From positions 105,887 through 169,886 of the forward strand of contig JBGCEH010000001.1 in the NCBI GenBank assembly GCA_045106195.1: DNA of 64,000 nt, in the 5' to 3' direction. The translations under genes were made by a program, and so were the position numbers. Numbering within the stretch: the first letter of the stretch is position 1; each line of letters begins with the position of its first letter. The DNA comes from Granulosicoccus sp. Its GTDB lineage: Bacteria > Pseudomonadota > Gammaproteobacteria > Granulosicoccales > Granulosicoccaceae. This document shows positions 49,298 to 57,129 of the stretch, piece by piece. The notes under the pieces were generated by a model. It did no database searches. It saw nothing but the letters and a program-made list of their open reading frames with translations, and was not told the DNA's origin.

Positions 49298-49451
49298 GCG
49301 AAAAATTTACAATTGACTAACCCATATTCTCCTCCCCATATTGCGTTTCTGGCATTGATTTGGCTATCTACATCTCGTGTCGAAACCGAGATAGCCAAAT
49401 CCTCAGGTACCGACAGTTCGATGGTAGAAACGTTAGAGGAAATTTAAGATT

Positions 49452-49994
49452 TTGTTAAACGAAAAAAGTAGTCTTTACAATAAATTTCAGCATGATCAGG
49501 CTGCTCCATTGGAGTCGGAATCACAAAACCACAGCAGCAATTTTCATTCGCTCCAGGCTCGGAACAAAGCACTACTGACAAGTTGCACGAATATTCAGGC
49601 GCAGATGAGTGAAAACGTAGAAAACCGCGCAAAAGCCAAAGGGCGGCTTAGTAAAATCTATCGCTTACTGGCGCAGCGCACTTTTGCTGAAGAGAGAGCG
49701 GCCCCCTATCAGGCACAGTTGCAATCTATCCGGGACGACATTCTGGATCTGGAAAAGGAACACATCGTTCTCCACCAGCAATTCATTAATATCCAGTCTC
49801 AATTCCGGGAGACCGTTAAAAACCAACGACGCGATCTGATGGAGACGATCAACAGAACGCGAGCGAAGGCATCGATGGTTCGAAGTGGAAATATGCTTGT
49901 CTCCAACATGACGGTCGGACAACCGGCAAATAGCGACAGTTCATCCGATGACAGTTCTACGCAGACAGATTACAAGCTCTGCCTAAGGGCATAG
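49452..49994 (+). CDS. Hypothetical coiled-coil protein (no recognisable family)
   Basis: 180-aa ORF with heptad-rich central helix filling an otherwise empty gap; start uncertain. Confidence 0.55.
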   Translation: MLNEKSSLYNKFQHDQAAPLESESQNHSSNFHSLQARNKALLTSCTNIQAQMSENVENRAKAKGRLSKIYRLLAQRTFAEERAAPYQAQLQSIRDDILDLEKEHIVLHQQFINIQSQFRETVKNQRRDLMETINRTRAKASMVRSGNMLVSNMTVGQPANSDSSSDDSSTQTDYKLCLRA

Positions 49995-50064
49995 GCTCTG
50001 CCGAGTTACCATTCTGCGGCAAGCACCACTACTTCGAGCCTCCTTCAAACAACGACACGGCAAC

Positions 50065-51270
50065 TTGGACAATCGCTTGCGATACTCACTGAGTGAATTA
50101 GAGTTAGTCGATACGTCCGGGAGTTCGGCGTACGACAATGTTACCCAATTGGCGGCCATGGTTTTTGGAACGCCAGTGTCACTTATGTCGATCATCGATC
50201 ACGAAAACAACCGCCGGTTTTTCACAAGCCAGGTAGGACTACCCTCCCCGTGGCGAGAAAAACGACAGACACCTCTGAAACACTCGTTTTGTCGGCATGT
50301 CGTAGCAGACAATGCAGTGCTGGTGATAGAAGATGCAACACAAGATGCACGGGACCAGGACAGTCTTGTGATTCCTGATCTAGGTGTAGTCGCTTATCTT
50401 GGTGCGCCTATCCATGACGCCTACGGCAGGCCAGTGGGGGCATTGTGCGTTATCGACAACAAACCGCTTTCTTGGACGGCTCGTGATATCAGTACGTTGA
50501 AGAGTCTGGCTGCCTGTGTGACGGAGGCGATCAAACTCAAGGTTGCCTACCTGGACAAGGAAGCTCTGCTATCTGATCAGACAGAGTTCAACTATTCTAT
50601 CTCTCATGACCTTAAATCGCCTGTTAGTACCGTTCAGCGGTTGCTTGATGAAATGGCCAAAAAGTGGAAATCCGGTGAGATTCAGGGGCCTGACGACCTA
50701 CTGAAAAAAACCTTGCAGACCACCCAGGCAATGCAGGTCATGATTGACGATACTCTGGACTACATACAAGTGAGCATGAGTGAAGATACGGCCAGTACCA
50801 CCGTGCCTTTGGAAACAACACTTGCGACTGTCCAAGAGCAACTATCGGACAAAATCAGTGCGAGTAAAGCGATCATATCTATCAGTAGTCTGCCGGCACT
50901 GGTTGCGGATCCCAACCTTTTAAACACCTTGTTCCGACAACTGATTTCCAATGCGATTAAATTTCGGAACCCGGAGGTGCCACCCGCTATTTCTGTCAGC
51001 TATGAAAGTCATCATACCGATTCATTTCACAAGATAGTGGTTTCTGACAATGGCATTGGCATTGATGCCGAGTATCACGATTTTATTTTTACCTTGTTTG
51101 CGCGGCTGCATACAGGTGATCAGTATTCGGGAACCGGCCTAGGGCTATCTATCTGCCGACGAATCGTCAGTTTCTACGGCGGGCGATTGGAAATTGAATC
51201 CACACCTGGCCATGGAACCCGGATGATCATTCTTCTCCCAACAGAGTGCAGCATTCGTCAGGCGGCCTAG
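50065..51270 (+). CDS. Cytoplasmic GAF-sensor histidine kinase (orphan)
   Basis: GAF (YDNVTQLAAMVFGTPVSL...SFCRHVV...YLGAPI), H-box SHDLKSP, N-box LISNAIKF, DNGIGI, GTGLGLSIC. Confidence 0.92.
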   Translation: MDNRLRYSLSELELVDTSGSSAYDNVTQLAAMVFGTPVSLMSIIDHENNRRFFTSQVGLPSPWREKRQTPLKHSFCRHVVADNAVLVIEDATQDARDQDSLVIPDLGVVAYLGAPIHDAYGRPVGALCVIDNKPLSWTARDISTLKSLAACVTEAIKLKVAYLDKEALLSDQTEFNYSISHDLKSPVSTVQRLLDEMAKKWKSGEIQGPDDLLKKTLQTTQAMQVMIDDTLDYIQVSMSEDTASTTVPLETTLATVQEQLSDKISASKAIISISSLPALVADPNLLNTLFRQLISNAIKFRNPEVPPAISVSYESHHTDSFHKIVVSDNGIGIDAEYHDFIFTLFARLHTGDQYSGTGLGLSICRRIVSFYGGRLEIESTPGHGTRMIILLPTECSIRQAA

Positions 51271-52332
51271 CTACCGCACCGATTGACCGCTTGCCTTGTC
51301 GAACAGATGCAGTGTTTCCGGATTAGCTCCAAGGTGAATATGCATACCGGGTTGCGGGGCATCGCGGCCCGGACCAGAGGCGATGACTTCATGACCGCCG
51401 ACATCCACATAGAGCAGAGTTTCTGAACCCAGGGGTTCGACCACAGTTACAGGGCCTTGCAATATGGCTTGTGATGCGTCCACCGGGAGCAAGTCGCCAG
51501 GACGGATACCGATTATCAACTCATGCGGTGCGCCACTGGAGGCAAGCTGTGTGGAGATTCTGTCTCCATTCCATAACGCGAGACCGTCGCTATCAAGCAG
51601 GCCGGGAAGCATGTTCATACTGGGCGCACCGATAAACTGCGCAACAAATGTATTGACAGGGCTGTGATACACCTCGGCTGGTGTGCCTACCTGTTGAATG
51701 TGCCCTTCTTTCATGATCACAATTCGATCAGCCATCGTCATGGCCTCAACCTGATCGTGAGTAACAAAGATGATGGTAGTGCCTACACGCTGGTGCAGCT
51801 TCTTGATCTCCAATCGCATCTGGGTACGTAGCTGAGCATCCAGATTCGACAGCGGCTCATCAAACAGGAAAACGGCAGGATCCCGGACCAATGCTCGGCC
51901 AATGGCCACACGCTGACGCTGCCCCCCGGATAGCTCATTCGGTTTTCTGTCAAGATAATCGGACATGCCTAGCAGCGTGGCTACCTCTTTCAGCTTTGCG
52001 TCTTTTTCTGCCTTGGACAGTTTTGACGTGCGCAAGCCAAAGCCGATATTTTTTTTCACACTCATGTGAGGATAGATCGCATAGTTCTGGAATACCATGG
52101 CAATATTGCGTTGCTTGGGTTCCAGGTTATTCACTACCCGATCATTGATTTCGATGGTACCGCCAGTCACATCTTCAAGCCCGGCAATCATGCGTAGCGT
52201 AGTGGACTTGCCACAACCAGATGGACCCACAAACACAACGAATTCACCGTCATTCACTTCCAGGTTGATACCGTGAAGTACGTCGGTCTTTCCGTAGCGT
52301 TTCACAAGATCACGTATGGCCAGATTTGCCAT
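51271..52332 (-). CDS. CUT1 carbohydrate ABC transporter ATPase (MalK/UgpC family)
   Basis: GPSGCGKST, AMVFQNYA, LSGGQRQRVA, FLFDEPLSNLDA, VTHDQVEAMTMAD, TOBE tail. Confidence 0.95.
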   Translation of the reverse strand: MANLAIRDLVKRYGKTDVLHGINLEVNDGEFVVFVGPSGCGKSTTLRMIAGLEDVTGGTIEINDRVVNNLEPKQRNIAMVFQNYAIYPHMSVKKNIGFGLRTSKLSKAEKDAKLKEVATLLGMSDYLDRKPNELSGGQRQRVAIGRALVRDPAVFLFDEPLSNLDAQLRTQMRLEIKKLHQRVGTTIIFVTHDQVEAMTMADRIVIMKEGHIQQVGTPAEVYHSPVNTFVAQFIGAPSMNMLPGLLDSDGLALWNGDRISTQLASSGAPHELIIGIRPGDLLPVDASQAILQGPVTVVEPLGSETLLYVDVGGHEVIASGPGRDAPQPGMHIHLGANPETLHLFDKASGQSVR

Positions 52333-52335
52333 CGT

Positions 52336-53826
52336 CTATTGCTCCAGTAGTTCTTTGAACGCGCTGTGCCGTGTTGTCTCAGCTAACGCTATTCTTTCAT
52401 GTCCTGTTGTGATGCTGTTGTCCAGTTGATTAATGCATTTTTCATAGTGCCCGATGGCCTCTTTCATTGCCGTAACTCCGGGGCCACCGAAACGGTCTCG
52501 TACCTCTACAAAATGCTGTAGGGATACGGCTGTCATAAACTCGTGTTCATCAAGTGATGTGCGGTGTCCAATGGCTGCGTCATAGGCGCGTGAAAACGCT
52601 TTATAGCCTGCCTGCAAGGTGATGCCTTGCCGGATAATCTCGTTGGCTGTGGCGGCTGCGATTTCATGTGCCTGTCGGAAGGACAAGTTTTCACGGCGTA
52701 CCAGAGTGTCTGCAAGCTCGGTGATAGTGATACAGGCGCGGTCTGCGTTCAGGCTGACCTGTTCGTTGTTGATGGTGACGGCCCGGAGGAACGAGGTGAA
52801 TAACTTCAACACACGTGCGCCACTGTCGAAAGCGGCATAGCCTGCTGCCTGCACTTCGCCTTCGCTATCGTTCATATCAGTAAATGGCGTGTTATGCATG
52901 GTATTGACTATCATGTCGCAGCGACCGGCGGTGACACTTGCCAGGTGACGCAGATGTTCAATAGGAACCGGATTGCGCTTCTGGGGCATGATCGACGAGA
53001 TTTGCACTAATGAATCGGGTACCTGTAACTGCCCTACTTCGAACGAAGACCAAAACGCCATATCCTGAATCACACGTCCAAGATGTATGAATAACAGTTT
53101 TATAGCGGAGTACAAACCGGTGATGTAATCAACCGAGGCTATGCAACCGTAACTGTTGCGTTTTGGTTCACTGAATCCCAGTAAATTGGCGATTAATTCT
53201 CGGTCAATGGGAAAACCAGACGTTGTGATCGCCGCAGCTCCCATGGGGCATAGATCGAGTAGTTCTCTTGCCGTGCAGAGTCTCTGCATATCCGATATAA
53301 GGACCTCCAGCACGGCTGCAAGGTAGTGCCCAAAAGTATCGGGCTGAGCGGGTTGTCCATGCGTGTAGGCAACGATAAGTGTTTGTCTGTCTGAATGTAT
53401 TCTCTGTTGTAGCACCCGAGCCAATGATAGGGCCAGGTCCAGCAAACTGTCACAACGCACTCGCAAGGCCATCTTGAACACCGTGTGGTCCATGTCATTG
53501 CGCGAGCGTGCGGTATGCAGCATGCCGCTCAGATCAGCCCCCAGTCTATCTTTGAGTTCTGACTCGACAAGGAAAAAATAGTCTTCATATTCTCCGGTGT
53601 ACTGCAACGCATTAACGTCCAGCTCTTCATCGATGGCCTGCAATGCTTTCGCGATTGAAACCGCTTGTGTTGTCTTCAGGATTTCACAATTGTGCAACAT
53701 CATCAGATGAGCCTTGTTAATAGCTGCCATTGATATTGCGTAGTGGGTTTTTACACCGTCAAACAAAGGCGCGAGGACAGTGTCGCGATATACCTGATCA
53801 GGAAATTTTGATGTGTCTGAACTCAT
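52336..53826 (-). CDS. Argininosuccinate-lyase-like fumarate lyase (aspartase/fumarase superfamily) inside the ABC operon
   Basis: Conserved regions HTARSRND, YTHGQPAQP, SSIMPQKRNP; ATG 53826 overlaps the permease stop (ATGA). Confidence 0.88.
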   Translation of the reverse strand: MSSDTSKFPDQVYRDTVLAPLFDGVKTHYAISMAAINKAHLMMLHNCEILKTTQAVSIAKALQAIDEELDVNALQYTGEYEDYFFLVESELKDRLGADLSGMLHTARSRNDMDHTVFKMALRVRCDSLLDLALSLARVLQQRIHSDRQTLIVAYTHGQPAQPDTFGHYLAAVLEVLISDMQRLCTARELLDLCPMGAAAITTSGFPIDRELIANLLGFSEPKRNSYGCIASVDYITGLYSAIKLLFIHLGRVIQDMAFWSSFEVGQLQVPDSLVQISSIMPQKRNPVPIEHLRHLASVTAGRCDMIVNTMHNTPFTDMNDSEGEVQAAGYAAFDSGARVLKLFTSFLRAVTINNEQVSLNADRACITITELADTLVRRENLSFRQAHEIAAATANEIIRQGITLQAGYKAFSRAYDAAIGHRTSLDEHEFMTAVSLQHFVEVRDRFGGPGVTAMKEAIGHYEKCINQLDNSITTGHERIALAETTRHSAFKELLEQ

Positions 53827-54737
53827 CCTTTCAAGCCCGCCATCACAACTCCACGAATAATGAAACGTTGAAACACCAGAAACACCACCAGGGTTGGTAA
53901 TACCGAAATGGCAGCACCTGTCATGATCAGTTCCCATTCAACGGATTGTTCTACGCTGAAGGTAGTCAAGCCAACAGGCAAGGTGTACATATCCTGACTA
54001 TTGGTGACGATGAGCGGCCAGATAAAAGCCGTCCAGTTGCCGAGGAAAACAAAGATAGCCAAAGCGGCAAGCGCAGGCTTCACCAGTGGCATCGCGACGC
54101 TCCACCAGATTTGCAATTCGTTTAGCCCATCGATGCGCGCAGCCTCAATAAAATCGTCAGGTACCGTTTCAAAGAACTGCTTCATCAGGAAAACGCCGAA
54201 CGCTGTCATCAGACCCGGAAACATAATGCCCCAGGTAGTATCCAGCCAACCAAACTGTTGCGACATCAGATACCAGGGAATCACCAGCATCTCAGTAGGA
54301 ATCATGAGCGTGGACAGTATGGCGATAAACACGAGGTAGCGCCCACGAAAGCGGAACTTACACAAGGTATATCCCACCAGTGAATCGAACAACACGTTGG
54401 AGATGGTGGTCAGCGTCGCGATCGTTAACGAATTCCAGAACCAGCGCATGAAGCGCCCGTCACTCATGACATAGGTATAGTTCTCGAACGTTGGCTCTTC
54501 GGGTATGAGGTTGAGGTTGTAGACTTCGAATGGAAACTTAAAGGATGTTGATAGCATATAGGCTAGCGGCATGACCATCAGAACACCACCGGAAAACAAC
54601 AGTATCCAGCGAATAAACTGTGCCCATTGGCGCTTCGGTTTGCCAACGACAACCACCGTGCTCGTGGTTAGCAAGGCTTCTGAACTTGCCTTGATGGCCA
54701 GATTATCCGACTCGTTGGCTGCTTGAGATACCGCCAC
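53823..54737 (-). CDS. Carbohydrate ABC transporter permease (MalG-like)
   Basis: WFWNSL, FRFRGR, LMIPTEMLVIP, EAARIDG, WTAFIWPLI. Confidence 0.94.
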   Translation of the reverse strand: MAVSQAANESDNLAIKASSEALLTTSTVVVVGKPKRQWAQFIRWILLFSGGVLMVMPLAYMLSTSFKFPFEVYNLNLIPEEPTFENYTYVMSDGRFMRWFWNSLTIATLTTISNVLFDSLVGYTLCKFRFRGRYLVFIAILSTLMIPTEMLVIPWYLMSQQFGWLDTTWGIMFPGLMTAFGVFLMKQFFETVPDDFIEAARIDGLNELQIWWSVAMPLVKPALAALAIFVFLGNWTAFIWPLIVTNSQDMYTLPVGLTTFSVEQSVEWELIMTGAAISVLPTLVVFLVFQRFIIRGVVMAGLKG

Positions 54738-55631
54738 CTACGTATCCTTCAGCAATCTGAGCTGGAGCAGGCTTACGATAAGTAGGACAACAAAAAGTAC
54801 TACCGTTTGAGCCGCGGCATAGCCCATATCGAACGAGTTGAACGCCGTATCGTAAATCATCAACACCAATGGCTTGGTGGAATTCAACGGACCACCCGGG
54901 TTATTGGTGGTCATGTTGAACACATGATCAAATATGCGAAGAAAGCCGATTGAAGAGAACACCACAAGAAACACGATAGTGGGTTTTAACAGGGGCAAGG
55001 TAATCTCTCTCAGGATAGTCCAGCTCGATACGCCGTCAATGTAGGCCGCCTCATAGTAGGTCTTGGGTATGGCTCGCAGACCAGCCATGAAAATGATGAC
55101 CTGAAACCCCAGGCCTGCCCAGATGGCAGGTGCAAGGACACTCGGCAAGGCGTTCGTTGTCGAGTTGAGAAAGGCTACTTGCGAGACGCCAAACTGCGCC
55201 AGAAAATTGTTGAACAAACCAATCGGTACCGGTTGGTAGAACCATCGCCAAACCCAGGCCATAGCAACCGCGCTGGTCATGAAGGGCAGGAAATACAAGG
55301 CGCGCAAGGTACCATGCAAAAAACGCACTTTATCCAGGTGAAAGGCAATGAAGAAGGCGAGCACCAGAGAAACAGGCGTGCCAATCAGCAAATAGATAAA
55401 GGTGTTGGAAAATACCTTCCAGAAGACCGGATCCTGAAACAACGTGGTGTAGTTGCTCAGGCCCGACCATGTGCGGGCACCCAGAAGGTTCCATTCCTGA
55501 AAGGACAGGATGATGGCATTGGCGGTTGGATAGAAACGAACCACCACATAGAACACGATGGGCACCGCCAGAAAACCCCACGCCCATAGCGTGTGTTTCT
55601 GACGGATAGACAGATCCGAATAGAAACTCAT
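54738..55631 (-). CDS. Carbohydrate ABC transporter permease (MalF-like)
   Basis: GLSNY..LF.DP.FW, LYFLP, YYEAAYIDG, ITLPLLKP, FDMGYAAA. Confidence 0.94.
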   Translation of the reverse strand: MSFYSDLSIRQKHTLWAWGFLAVPIVFYVVVRFYPTANAIILSFQEWNLLGARTWSGLSNYTTLFQDPVFWKVFSNTFIYLLIGTPVSLVLAFFIAFHLDKVRFLHGTLRALYFLPFMTSAVAMAWVWRWFYQPVPIGLFNNFLAQFGVSQVAFLNSTTNALPSVLAPAIWAGLGFQVIIFMAGLRAIPKTYYEAAYIDGVSSWTILREITLPLLKPTIVFLVVFSSIGFLRIFDHVFNMTTNNPGGPLNSTKPLVLMIYDTAFNSFDMGYAAAQTVVLFVVLLIVSLLQLRLLKDT

Positions 55632-55662
55632 ACCATTCTTGTCGAGTTACCCAAACAACTCA

Positions 55663-56919
55663 CTACTTGTAAAAACCATCCAGGATAGCCTGCTCACCTT
55701 CTGCTGCAACGCTCAGACTCTCTTCTACGGATTGGCCTTCCAGGTTAATGCGACTGACCATATCGGTCATGAGCTGACGTTGGCCACTTTCATCGACAAA
55801 GACCGTCGATTGGGCATAACCCAGACCTTTGACGAATGGACCATACACGGGATCTGCTGTGTTTTCCTCGGTTAATGCGGCGGAGGGTTTCGCAGGGAGC
55901 TCACCCACGGTCTCCAGCCATACTTGCATGGCCTCATCTGAGGTGATGTATTCCATGAATTTCAACGACGCGGCATATTTATCACCTTCTGCCTTGCTGG
56001 TGATGGCGTTGACCCAATAGGAGGAGTAATTGGACTGAGTGCCGTCGGGGCCGGCTGGCAGCTCCGCCACTCCCCACTTCAAACCCCGAGTCTTGTCCAG
56101 CGCTCCGATGCGGAAAGAGCCATCGATGTGCATACCTGCCCTACCCGCCTTGAAGGCGGCTTGTGGCTCGTCCATAAACGTACTTTGCGTAACTTCATGT
56201 GTCTGTTCAAGATCAACATACCATTGCAGTGCTTTTTGCCCTGCCTCTGAATTGTAAGCCACCGTGGTATTGTCATCGCTGTATGGGGTTCCTCCAAACT
56301 GCCGCACTAGCACTTCGCGCCACCAATGATGATCCTGTGCAGTCATACCTGATGTTATGCCCACTTGAGTAATGTTGCCTGCACCATCGCGTTTGGTCAG
56401 CTTTTTCGCTGTCTCGACCAGCTCATCGAGAGTGGCAGGCGGAGACTCGATTCCTGCTTCATCAAACAGGCGCTCGTTGTAGAACAAGGCCAGCGAACGA
56501 ACAGCTGTCGGCAACGCCATGTATTCACCCTCTCGCTTCATGGCCTGGACCATGGGAAAGAACTCTTCATCAATGGATTGTGGGGGAAACTGATCGGCGG
56601 GTAATGGTTGGATAAGCTTTGCATCGACATAGTCATTCAACCACCCATAAAACAACTGGACCACATCGGGCCCTTCGCCCGCCGGTATGGCGGCTGCGAC
56701 TTTGGTTCGATAGTCAGCATAAGGAAATTGATTGGTTTTGACGGTAATACCCGGATTGGCTGCTTGAAAATTCTCGATCAAAGTGTCCATGGCCGTAACA
56801 CGTGCTTCAAAAAAGTACTGCCAGTATTCGATTTCCACTTCGGCACGTGCACCACTGGCTGCAGCCAGAAGTGCTGATAAACCCGTGGTCAGTAGCAGTT
56901 TTCGGTGTTTGATCATCAT
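55663..56919 (-). CDS. Periplasmic solute-binding protein (CUT1 / SBP family 1)
   Basis: Signal peptide ...AAASGARA, FQAANPGITV, GEGPDVV, LFYNERLF, AFKAGRAGMHIDGSF. Confidence 0.93.
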   Translation of the reverse strand: MMIKHRKLLLTTGLSALLAAASGARAEVEIEYWQYFFEARVTAMDTLIENFQAANPGITVKTNQFPYADYRTKVAAAIPAGEGPDVVQLFYGWLNDYVDAKLIQPLPADQFPPQSIDEEFFPMVQAMKREGEYMALPTAVRSLALFYNERLFDEAGIESPPATLDELVETAKKLTKRDGAGNITQVGITSGMTAQDHHWWREVLVRQFGGTPYSDDNTTVAYNSEAGQKALQWYVDLEQTHEVTQSTFMDEPQAAFKAGRAGMHIDGSFRIGALDKTRGLKWGVAELPAGPDGTQSNYSSYWVNAITSKAEGDKYAASLKFMEYITSDEAMQVWLETVGELPAKPSAALTEENTADPVYGPFVKGLGYAQSTVFVDESGQRQLMTDMVSRINLEGQSVEESLSVAAEGEQAILDGFYK

Positions 56920-57129
56920 TTTTCTCCTTGGTGAGACGCTCGCAGGAAAACGGGCGTGGCATGACGCATTTCTATCGGTGCTTCATGTTTAACCGATCCA
57001 AGAGTAAGTTACAAGCTTGTGGAGGCGTACGCCTGTATGCGCATATCTTTTTATTTCGTCAAACTGCACAACGTCTAACTCGCTTGATATGCTCAGATGT
57101 CCCGAGTAGCAGCTGTGCGGAGCGCTGGA

